The notes under the pieces: generated by a model
Told to the model about the DNA's origin: nothing
What the model saw: only the letters and a program-made list of their open reading frames with translations
The model's database searches: none
Assembly (NCBI GenBank): GCA_051294905.1
Contig: CM119386.1
Span: forward strand, 19,344,001 to 19,408,000
Origin: Botryllus schlosseri
Taxonomy: Eukaryota
DNA: 64,000 nucleotides
Reading direction: 5' to 3'
Translations under genes and position numbers: made by a program
Shown here: positions 40,701 to 50,859 of the stretch, one piece after another
Numbering within the stretch: the first letter of the stretch is position 1
Layout of the letters: each line of letters begins with the position of its first letter

Positions 40701-43700
40701 CAGACAGACAAACCCGTGGACATCAATTTGGCATGATCGAGAATTCTCCATAATGACCAGCTTATATCCAGTCCACCTGCCTTTCAAATTTTTTGATCCA
40801 GCTCGGGATCTATATAGCTTCCATGGCTATCCTAGGGTTACCATAATTCTGTGCCTCTTTAGCGCCCACTACTGGATATAGAAATGAAGGTATGAGGTGA
40901 GGTATGGGCACATTGTCTGTGAATATGACGTCACACCAGCAAAGCTTTGCTTATCGACCAGAGGTGGTCACGATCCGGTTCAGGAGTGGCTGTGTGTTGT
41001 GTAAACAGGACCAAAACCACATTTTCCAGCCCCCCTCCCGCCTAAATATTAGACAATGATTTGGGGCGCACCATAGGGTAATCGATGCAAATTCTGGGGG
41101 GGGGGGGGGGGGGGCTTGCTATATGCATCTGGTCGTTAATTTTTTTTTTGAATGAATTCTACCAATAATATTGTTCCTTCCGCATATTATTGTATAGTTT
41201 GATCCGATCTCCGCCCACGTGATCAGAGTTAGTGGTAGAGCTGGTGGGGGAAAATACAGGGAGCGTAATTGTATACATGGTTAAGTCATGTTCATGTCAC
41301 AACGATAAGATAATTTATCAGCCTAATGCCGGTGCACACCACGGAGCTTTATAATCACCCCGCATCCGGTGGTTTCTAAACTTTTATGGCCGCGTATCCA
41401 TCTGCAATTTGAAAATGTTCCGTTGCGCAGATCAACATTTGACGAGCTGATTACTAAAAGAAGTCAGCACCTTTGCCCATACTTACGCACGGGCTATTTT
41501 GGAAGTTGATTACGTTCAACATCCTGGCGAACCCCGGAACAAATGGCATACGACCCTACGTTTAGAACCACTATCTTTGAATAAAGCACTTAAACGGCCT
41601 TAACCGTCTAGGAATATACCGTTCTCCAATAACTGCGATTACAATTAGGCTTGGTTCAGTAAATGAAGTTATTTTTATTTATTCTGTTATTGTAGTTTTT
41701 GTGAGGGTGGCAACCCCCATATTAAAATCAATATATGTTATGGTACATCGCGCGCAGCGCGAAGAAAAATTTCATGTATCATCAATATTCTACAAAATAG
41801 TGTTATTATGTTGATTTACGAAAAGATTATGAGCATACGTCAAGCCTTCAAAATTCTGGACATTTAGGCATAATTTGGAAATTCCTACCGGACACAGTTT
41901 GAACAGTGAAATTCCGGACATGTCCGGGAAATTCCGGACGTATGGCAAACCTATCCTATACCCTTTACTCCAATACGTACTTGTAAACCGCGTACGAAAG
42001 ACACGGCTCTCATCGCTCTGATTGCTCGGGTGGCCTTCAAGGTGCGAAGAATTGGAATAGCTCCGGTCCAGTTTGTACTTTCGTTATCTTCCAGCTCAAG
42101 CTCATCCAAGAATACCTATAGATTCATGAATATTTACGAATGAATGAATGAATGAATGAATTTATGAATGAATGAATGAATGAATGAATGAACGACAGGC
42201 GTCGGATTACATTGAAATCCTGTTCGCATTTCGTATATACATTTATTTCATAGCATATGTGAGAAGGTTTTTCGTCAGCACCACCAAGGAAGGCTCATTG
42301 ACGATGGAGATGCGAAGAACCGTTGGTTAGGTTATTGAGTATGCACCACAATTTCCTTTTCACTCTACCGCGGACTGCAGAACGCCTCAGGGAAGTCGCA
42401 GATACAACATCAAGTCTAGCAAGGTCGGGGATCGAACAGGCGGAATCCACGACATACTGATCTACGCGAACACTAAATACAGCTAGATGAATTTTAAATT
42501 GATTAATATGCTACTTTTCAAACCAAACATTTGTTACGCTTCGGGAAAGTCAACTACCACCAGTCTATCACTTCTGGAGTCAATGAATGAGAATTTGGAT
42601 ATAGCACAATTTGTGATTCCATTACAATTATGCCACTCACATTCATTAATAGAAAACAACCCCTATAGCCTGGTTCTGTCATTGTATCCATATTATACAC
42701 TTTTAATTAATCTCAGACGCATTTGTAACAGATGTTATCACAGAAAGTGGTGCACCACACCTTCATCGGGGATACCTGACACTAAGGTTTTACAATACTA
42801 CTGTCATAGTGCCAATAATAATAATTACTGAACAAAATTTAATGAATTCACCCGATATAGCATTAGTGGTTTACTGTTTGCCAATATACCCATCACAGTC
42901 ATCAAGTTATTCTAGCTAAGGTTGATCTAAAACAGTCTGTTCGTAGTTTTTTCTCGTTTATCTCGGAATATCAACAACGTTATATACAAGACCAATCAAT
43001 AGCATACGAATTCTTACCTGCAGATATGAGATCAAAAGAATGAAAAAATCGAAGCGATTTGACATCGTTTTCCAGTAGGTGACAGGCTCGACATACACTT
43101 TCAAAGCAAACTCCACCGTATAAATTGACAGAAAAATAATATCGAATGTCTGAATATAGAACGGCATGTCACGCAGAAAAGGTGAAACCTCGGTAATTAT
43201 AAAACAAATACCGAGTATAGTTCTCGAAGGGGCTCGTAGCTGTCATTGACCTCCAGCATCATGATGACAGAGTTAATCAAGATGGTGAGCATCACAGTGG
43301 CGTTGAATAAGGGGCTTTCGCTCACCGAACGCGCAAAATCATGAAGCGCCTTATCCTGTCTGTTTTCAATACACCTGAAGTGAAACGATAGTACCCAGAT
43401 TGGTAACTTCCGCGTGTGGATATCAAAAGACGGCGCCTCTACGACAAATGTATCAATTACTTCTCCAGAATTTGTTAATTTATTTCATTGTTCAGAACAC
43501 CACCTCATTCTGGTTCAAAGAACAGGCAAAGAAGATTTGAAACCACTAAGTGTGGTTACTGATTACAACGATCACTATTTCCCACAATAGTGCAGGAAGA
43601 TTAGTTAATAGTTATTACAAAAAAGTCATGGAATATACATACAGTAGGTGAGAATACACAGTAATAATCACCAAAACTTGACAAGCAATCGGATGGCGTT

Positions 43701-44104
43701 GGTACAAGCAAGATGAAATTTGTAGGCATACGACAGAGAGACACAAACCGACAATGTTGATAATACATCTTTCTAGTTGGCCTAATCAAGTCGCCAAAAA
43801 TGGAAATTCATAATTTGCGAGGTATGCATGAGCTTACTATAACTTCACTTAATATGTATAAGCAACACTGGATTTCAAAACGATTTGACGTTAATTGGAC
43901 AATGTACTGATCTTCCACACTACTGGAAATATTACGGAATGCCTATCTCATTTCACGATCTTTACAAAGATCTACCGGTTCGTACCCAATCGGTTTAGTC
44001 AATTCCTCATCGACATCTTCGAAATCATCATAATCATCATCATTTTCCATGGATGGACCATCTTCACCGTCCATTGGTTCTTGAGGCTTGCGACGAACGT
44101 CCAT
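34621..44104 (-). CDS. CATSPER3: Cation channel sperm-associated protein 3 (CatSper3), 9 coding exons, 410 aa
   Basis: Exons 44104-43986, 43374-43212, 43149-43018, 42115-41981, 40443-40261, 40201-40034, 39962-39889, 39216-39040, 34702-34621 total 1233 nt with GT-AG sites and matching phases. Single 6TM repeat, S4 LRTLKATRAIRAMR, pore T-V-D-G-W (the CatSper3-type filter), C-terminal coiled-coil. Confidence 0.92.
35530..35720 (-). mobile_element. 5'-truncated tRNA-derived SINE (family of 53257-53533)
   Basis: Close similarity to 53260-53440 (GGTCATTTACACCAGGCCGATATT...GAGGAGGAGCCTAGATAAACCTCCAA). Confidence 0.8.
36351..38847. mobile_element. Large non-autonomous hAT with (GTAATC)n subtermini, copy 1 (in CatSper3 last intron)
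   Basis: TIRs CAGACATGGGG / CCCCATGTCTG; perfect TSD CTATCAAC. Confidence 0.92.
37967..38448. mobile_element. hAT MITE with GAGTC/AAGTC repeats, nested in copy 1
   Basis: Perfect TSD CTCCCCAC; absent from the other two copies. Confidence 0.85.
38949..39022 (+). tRNA. tRNA-Val(AAC)-like gene, probably degenerate
   Basis: GATTCCGTAGTGTAGGGGTCATCGCGTTCGCCT-AAC-ATGCAGAAAGGTCCCCGGTTCGAGCCCGGGCGGAAACA closely follows canonical Val-AAC, but has an acceptor-stem mismatch at position 2 and a 1-nt insertion in the 3' anticodon stem. Confidence 0.75.
39040..39216 (-). CDS. CATSPER3: CatSper3 exon 8
   Basis: KLQEKQEENDYGNFYDMVKPFRETLRNDDY...LDHMDETVY; TTCACAG| and |GTAAAA. Confidence 0.88.
39292..39662. 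mobile_element. hAT MITE with GAGTCAAGTC repeats (CatSper3 intron 7)
   Basis: TIRs CAGTGTTGGGA / TCCCGAACACTA; TSD CATTCAAC / CATTTAAC. Confidence 0.8.
39889..39962 (-). CDS. CATSPER3: CatSper3 exon 7
   Basis: VIAEKEATLARKKEAILLSQHEGV. Confidence 0.88.
40034..40201 (-). CDS. CATSPER3: CatSper3 exon 6 (pore C-half and S6)
   Basis: VDGWFDAQLEMD...FIIIGHFLIFNIFIGVNIMNIHEANENFHEQ. Confidence 0.93.
40261..40443 (-). CDS. CATSPER3: CatSper3 exon 5 (S5 and pore helix)
   Basis: VLLTALFDTMKKSFTNVMLILLFLMFLFAIFGYYLFG...WGNLGVAFLTLFSFVT. Confidence 0.93.
41981..42115 (-). CDS. CATSPER3: CatSper3 exon 4 (S4)
   Basis: VFLDELELEDNESTNWTGAIPILRTLKATRAIRAMRAVSFVRGLQ. Confidence 0.92.
42138..42490 (-). 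mobile_element. Probable tRNA-derived SINE with (TTCA)n tail
   Basis: B-box-like GTTCGATCCCC near the 5' end on the minus strand; the 3' end is the (TGAA)n array at 42138-42192. Confidence 0.5.
43018..43149 (-). CDS. CATSPER3: CatSper3 exon 3 (S2-S3)
   Basis: TFDIIFLSIYTVEFALKVYVEPVTYWKTMSNRFDFFILLISYLQ. Confidence 0.93.
43212..43374 (-). CDS. CATSPER3: CatSper3 exon 2 (S1)
   Basis: CIENRQDKALHDFARSVSESPLFNATVMLTILINSVIMMLEVNDSYEPLRELYS. Confidence 0.9.
43986..44104 (-). CDS. CATSPER3: CatSper3 exon 1 (acidic N-terminus)
   Basis: MDVRRKPQEPMDGEDGPSMENDDDYDDFEDVDEELTKPI; the phase-2 donor matches exon 2. Confidence 0.8.
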
Positions 44105-45706
44105 CTTGATTCGATACGGAGAATTGTAATCTTCTCGTTTGACGATTATATCATATATAATTGATTCGTGATTGTTACGTCATATAGATTTCGATGATCT
44201 GGAAAGGGGCTCTACAAATTTTTCAGACATGTCTCTTTACTCTTAACGATATCATGCGACAAAGATCGAACAATACAACATGTACGCAATTACCTGTATC
44301 ATGGAATAGAAGAGGGAAACCTAGTGCGAATCATAAGCAGAATTTTCGGTACTTCCAGTTCTATCTTCGCCCTTACAGAGGTGCACATTAAAGAATCATT
44401 TCTACTTTTCCCGAGTGATCAAATAGATTGAATCTATAGGCACTTGCAATAATTTCTGTGTGCCCAAGTTTTCAAGAATTAATTGTAACACAAAGTATAC
44501 GACACCCATCGGTTATTGTCACGCTGATGGAATACTTTGTAATCTATAGGTGCAATCGAGAAGTAATAATACCTATAAATCTGCACGACTGATGTTTTTC
44601 AGCATGTCGCTTACTTGTCCTAGAGAATTAATGATCAGTAAGGGCTGTACAGGATATTGCATACGACTTGGTTTCAAAGATTCGTATTGTGTAGATTCGT
44701 AAAGGTTGTAAATTATAAAAGATTGTATACTTAGTGACCACTGAGCAGTGACCGTTATTGAACGCATACTTTCATAATCTTCGACAAAACTTCCCATCGG
44801 TCACTCATATTGATTTGTAATATATAATTAGCATCGCTAATTCAGATGTGCTATTTAGTTACCTCTAGGGGTGCATTTAACTATAGAATATAAACATGGA
44901 ATGGAAACGACCGATTTTGCAACTTCGTTCCGCTTCGCTGAGGCTAGAATTCAGAATTGTTTTGCGTAAGCGACTGACGATTTTGTTCAAAACCCTGTTT
45001 ACATACTATAATTTAAAACAAATGGTCGTTTAAAACAGTGGTTCTCAACCTTTTTCACCTCGCGGACCGGTAAAATTTCAAAAACAATGTCTGGCGGGCC
45101 GGTGAATTGTCAAAATTAAAATGAAGCCGAAATGTAAAGCAGACAACCGGTTGATTTGCAATTATATGGTGTCAGAGAGTGACATTTAGAGGGTTTTGAT
45201 CGTAATTAATTATCTTCATGTGATTTTATGGTAGCCAGTCTGCCGAGTCAAGGTAACATTGCCTTGTCCAGATAAACTTACTACCGCCAAGAGTCGTTTA
45301 CAGTTTTTCGCGCCGAAAGTCGTGGGTTTAACCGACCAACCTAACTGGGATATAATTCTTCTCTTTGACACTATTGAGAGAAGAAGCATTTCGGAGTCGA
45401 ACCGAGTACCTTGTCGTGTTACCATTGTCCACTGCCACCAGACGCAGGCTACTTTGACAAGTACGAGCACAACGCGTACTGCAAGAAAACACCTTACAGC
45501 AGCTATACGGGCCATTCGCAAATCCTGGCCGAAAAAGCACTTCGTCAGCCTGATCCCACTCCCCAAAACGTTGGTTTTGAGCCCCCACATGGCGATAAGC
45601 CAAATTTCAGGGGGCTTTGTCCGGATACCCTACAGTTGGGTGGATGTTTTCGCCTGTACTTGCGAGCACATTCATTCTACTCGGTGTAAGCAGAAAGTTT
45701 ATATAG

Positions 45707-46923
45707 TAGGGATGGTGTGAAACTCTGAAAGGTTCAGGTTTGTGTGAACGCGAACTTTTTTGAAAGGTTCTGGATGTGTGAACGCTAGCGTGAACCTCAT
45801 GACGTCATATTGCCAGTTCCAACCCTTCATTTCAGTGAAGTGAGAGCCTATATTAATGAACGCGATACCTAGCGACGACACGGGCAACATATTTGCACTA
45901 TGCTGAAGTACATACTGACGTTCTAAAAATTGCCAAATGTATTAACTGGGGGCAATCAAATGATATAATAATCCTATAAAATCAATATTTTCCGTCGTAT
46001 TGCCTACAATTTCGACAAGGACTTGCAAGGGAATATCAGCTTACGTCCTAAAGGTCTTGACAAAACCGGACAATGTATTCGGTTTCTCGGTTTTGCGACG
46101 TTGATATTGCGCAGACTATGAGATGGGTTTCTATGCTACCGATATTACCCAATACCAAATTAACAAGTTATGCAGTAGTAGCCAACACCCCGATCGCACC
46201 TATTTTGTTTTTATGATACAATAAACATATGAAGTCAAGATTGACCCGTACACATGCTAGATTTTTTTACACCAGCTAAAGCATCATTCATTGACTACAT
46301 ATAGTGTATTGTGGCGAGATAGCATAGTGGTATATACCACGGCTGCAATACCAAGGTCCACTCCAAAATTCCCGCCCAAGTGTTAGAGGTTTATCTAGGC
46401 TCTTCCACGCCATTTCATCCGTGTAAGAGGTGTCTTCAAAAGTATAGAATTGGGCCGTGCTACAAGTCGGAAGCTAAGAAATAAAAATGCGGAAAATTGC
46501 CCTGGTCTAAATGACCATCGTAGTCGACACACACCCTGAATACATGGAACAAACACGTGGTGTCATTTGGGCTCAAGCTCACAGCATAAAGAATCACTTA
46601 ACATTCACAAACGGAAAGCTGGATATTTTGAACAAACTTTTGTAACATAGCAAGAAAACTTTTTGAAATTGTCAATATGCATGCTCATTGCTCATTCCTC
46701 ATTTAATGTTTATTTTTTATGCTTCCATCGCCATACATAGAGGGGCCCGCAGTTGAAATGCAATAAATTTCTATTAAAGATGTTATGATGAAGTGAAAAT
46801 TGTAATATATGCAGAAGGTTCACAGTGCAGAACCTTCCAAGGTTCGTTTGGGACCGTGAACCTCTAAATTTACGAGGTTCACACACAGAACGCGAAAGTG
46901 AACCTCACGTTCACACCATCCGA
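45707..46923. mobile_element. hAT element with GTGAAC(C) subterminal repeats, nested level 3
   Basis: TIRs TAGGGATGGTGTGAA / TTCACACCATCCGA; TSD TTATATAG / TTATGCAG. Confidence 0.75.
46313..46560 (+). mobile_element. tRNA-derived SINE with internal deletion, nested level 4
   Basis: GGCGAGATAGCATAGTGG head plus a body matching 53257-53533; the B-box segment is missing. Confidence 0.75.
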
Positions 46924-48019
46924 TTATGCAGCTTACTCGCGCCAATAGCGAAAATTTTGGATGATTCATGACTGAATCGGTTTTCTCGCTGCCGAATTTT
47001 TGGCGCACCTTTCTGAGTCACATGTTAGCCTAAACTTCATTATGTGGTGGTACGTCGTGGCGTGGTAATGGCTGACGCCGAAATCCCGATTTTTATAAAT
47101 CATGTGTATTTATCGGAGAAGGGCTCCTAATAAGCGAGACATTTAGTGACACTAAATCGCACAAAGCGCAAATAGAAACTGGAAAAATGTTGGGAAAAGT
47201 TTCAAGAAAATACGATATGATTTATGTTCATTTGCAAAATAATTTTGGGCCCGTTTCAAGCTCGCCCCTCTTCAATTTGGCGGTATGGGGTGCCCCAGTT
47301 ACGATCATGAACAAAATGATGGAATCGAAACCGAAAGATCGCGCAAACTGCACTGTTTAGCGATGAGTCATCTCGTATCCGTTCTGTACTTGTCGCTCGC
47401 ATGTCGTCAAATGACACGTCTTGAACTCTAGGTCGAATCCAACATGTTTCCAGCCCTAATTTCACCTCACGAAGTTCTGAATCTGCTTAAAATGTGATGC
47501 TGTATTTATGTTATCAATGGACAAGCCTTCAACATTGCATCTTGAAATTAAGGTATAAAATTGTAAAATACCTGGCGGACCGGCAGGAATGTCGTCGCGG
47601 ACCGTCGCGGTTGAGAACCACTGGTTTAAAACATGTTTTAAATAGGGTTTTGAACAAAATTCTTAAAATGGAGTTTTTTGAAGTAGTATAAATGTATAAT
47701 TATTAGAGGTCGACCAATATTGATATTTACCGATACCGATACCGATATATCGGCTCACTCACAAGGCCGATACCGATATCACAGGCCGATATTAATATGG
47801 AAGGAGCAGAGAACAATTTCACCAAAAATATTATATATTAGGCAAGATGGAACTTGTACGTACATGCCACAGAAAGCTGAACAACAAACGAGAAAACTTA
47901 AATTGAAAAGAATTATTGCTTAATTGTGCACATTCGATGAAATTTGGGATAATCCAAAAAGCAAAATGTGATACAGAATTGCAGATCAGTTCAGAAAAGG
48001 TAGATTGTAATGTAGGAAG

Positions 48020-50859
48020 CAGACATGGGGTAATCGCGATTAGTAATCGTAATCGATTACGGCGATTACAGCATTTCCAAGTAATCGTAATCGCAATCGA
48101 TTACATTCGAAAAAATTCCAAAGTAATCGTAATCGTAATCGACTACTTCGCATATCTAATCGATTTCTTTGTGTAATAACGATTACTTTTTATTTGTACA
48201 AGGACCATGACATAAACTGAACATTTCTGAACAAGGAAGCGATATTATATCAGGCTTATTGATAGCACCAACGTCCTATTTTCAAACGCCACTGCTCATT
48301 ATTACGTCAGAACTATTGGCTTTGCTCATCATTGCGTAAGAAGTATCCACACATAGTAAACAGATATCCGATGTACTATGTACAGCACATTGTAGGCCTA
48401 TATTGTAATGTGATTGTAAAAACACCCGCCCGTGCTTTATATCAGGTTTTCAGTGCAGTACAGACGTCACTCCTCGCAGCAAGATAATAATCACCACTCT
48501 GCCTAATTTCATATAGTAACATATTAATTGATGTTTAGGTAATGGGTATGCTTAATTAAACGCAGTTGGACCGTTGTTGTTTGGTGAGCCGTATGCCTAT
48601 GTATCTGGGTACGTACACCGCAAATCGATTTGAAATTTTGTACTACTAAAATGAGACATTACGATTTCCACAATGAAGCATTAAAAACGAACAGCTGCAT
48701 TTATATATCACATCCGAGCCTTTCTTTCTCGTAACGGCAGCTTGCAGCATATCTGTATTAAATGGAAGGCAGAATTTTATGTTCACTTTATCTTTTTCTC
48801 ATATGACTCTATTTGAAACGGGCGCCAATCGTTATTTTGCAATTCTTTACTCAATATTTGGACCTGCGCCATAGCCACCCGCTTATGCACCATGTTAGTG
48901 TGGGTTGTAGCTAGAATCAGGACCAATACAGCAATTCGTCCCCCAACTTCAAACGTTGGTTTCGGGCTGGCTCCCATAAGGTAGTCAATTTTCAGGTTGA
49001 TGACTGAAATTCGTTAGTTATATGGATAATTACATAATATTATTATGCATCTTCAATCCTCTCCCAGCCACCGATGTCCAGATTTACCGTTCGAGCTGCG
49101 AGCTCGTAATTCATATTTATAACATCTGATATGCTGTTATAATTACATTATTGCATGACGTCTGTTATATAATCAAAAGACATTGTAGTCACCCAAACGT
49201 GTAGCAGACTAAAAATGTCGAGGGACACACACAAATTCCCATGCATTCATTCCGCTGAGGGTGCCCGGGTTGCATCTGTATTTTGGGGTTCAGATTGGGA
49301 GGGCATGACTATTCATCACGTCCATCCATCGTGGCTATTGACCATTAACACATACCTAAAGTTTCGGCGTAAGACTTTTTTGCTAGCACACTTCGTGGAG
49401 TCCCATGTTGGCTGAAACTGCACCTGTCTTTTGGTGTGTCGTGGTGCGGTAATGACGTGCACCGAACTTCCTATTGCTATAAATTAGGCATGCTTTTTTG
49501 CTTAAGGGGAGACGTATGCATTTCAGAACCAAGGTATCTACAGAAATTAAATTGCGAAGCTTGACGAAAATTATCAAGTTGATTAAATTGCTCGAAAATA
49601 ATCTACAATTTATGTTGATTTACGAAAGACTTTTGATTGCCCTTCGAGCTCGCTCCAGGACCGTAACTATACCGCACCCCAAAACCCTCCAATGGGGGGA
49701 GGGGGCTCGAAGGGGGCCCAAAATAATTCCGTGAGTATTTTTTGAATATATATGCAACTTTATGCAACAACAATTTGATGGTGCCGAACCTCTTCGTTGT
49801 TGAGTACCATTCTCCAAGAAAAATACGCATGATTTATAGAAATTGTCAGTTCGGCGTCGGCCATTACCGCGCCACGACGCATCAAAACATATGAAGTTTT
49901 AGGCCATGCAATATGCAACTCCGATAAGTGTGCAAGAATGATAAGCAGCGAAATAAACTCGACCAACTGCCCTTATGCTGTCCGAAAAATTTTATATACA
50001 TACAAATATATCCAATTGTCCATAGCCTGACTGGCGTCAAATGTTCCTGTACTGACAATCTGCAAGACAAGTGCCACCCCGCAGAGAAGAAATATTTGCC
50101 AGTGGAGAAATACCAATTTGAAATCGTGTGCGTCTTTTAGTTTAATACGTTTGGGCGATTTTAATATCATCTGACATAGCAGACAGGAATACATGAAATA
50201 ACAACGGGCCCACCCGAATATGTTCATTGTTCAATTATTATTTACGGGCCCGACATTTTCCCGGGCAACACCTCACTCAGCGCTACCGGTAAATCTGATT
50301 ACATGGGCGGAGAGAGGATAAAAAAAATTATACCAGTATATATGCAATTCCCAATAATTTTGACCGAATCAATATTGAATTATATAAAATTATTAAAAAA
50401 AAAATATGATCCCATGGGTGCCCAAGACAAATGATTTTTTGGTGGGGAGAGGGGGACGACGTGATGTTTCGGCCCTTTCTCGCTCACCATCATATTAGGG
50501 TGTTGGGGTGCGGTAGTTACGAACCTGCCAAGAATGCAAATCGGTGGGTGCGATAAATCGTCCCCTCTAAAGTTGAGCAAATATTATGACGTAACAAGAA
50601 AATGACGTATCATCGATAAAAAGGTTGTTTTCAGGCCATTTCATCGTAATCCTAATATTGTCTTCCAATAAATTTTCTTGGTTTTCTAAGCAAAATGAAT
50701 GTAATCGTGAGTAATCGTGATTACTTTGCCAATGTAATCGTAATCGTAATCGACTACTTCCTGATTTTGTTGTAATCGTAATCGTAATCGTAATCGTGGG
50801 ATTCAGAAGTAATCGTAATCGCAATCGATTACATTCATAAAGTAATCACCCCATGTCTG
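48020..50859. mobile_element. Large (GTAATC)n hAT, copy 2, nested level 3
   Basis: TIRs CAGACATGGGG / CCCCATGTCTG; perfect TSD GTAGGAAG. Confidence 0.92.
49656..50477. mobile_element. CAGG(A/G)CCG-ended element nested in copy 2, level 4
   Basis: Absent from copies 1 and 3; flanked by GCTCGCTC / TCTCGCTC; the body resembles the reverse complement of 31190-31440 and 46960-47290. Confidence 0.7.

Larger units (their letters stand above)
45036..47623. mobile_element. hAT element (CAGTGGTTCTCAACC TIRs), nested level 2
   Basis: Perfect TSD GTTTAAAA. Confidence 0.88.

Noticed and set aside
45167-45177. Second tRNA-Leu PBS-like TGGTGTCAGA
   Set aside because: Only 10 nt match, and no LTR with TG..CA ends is adjacent.
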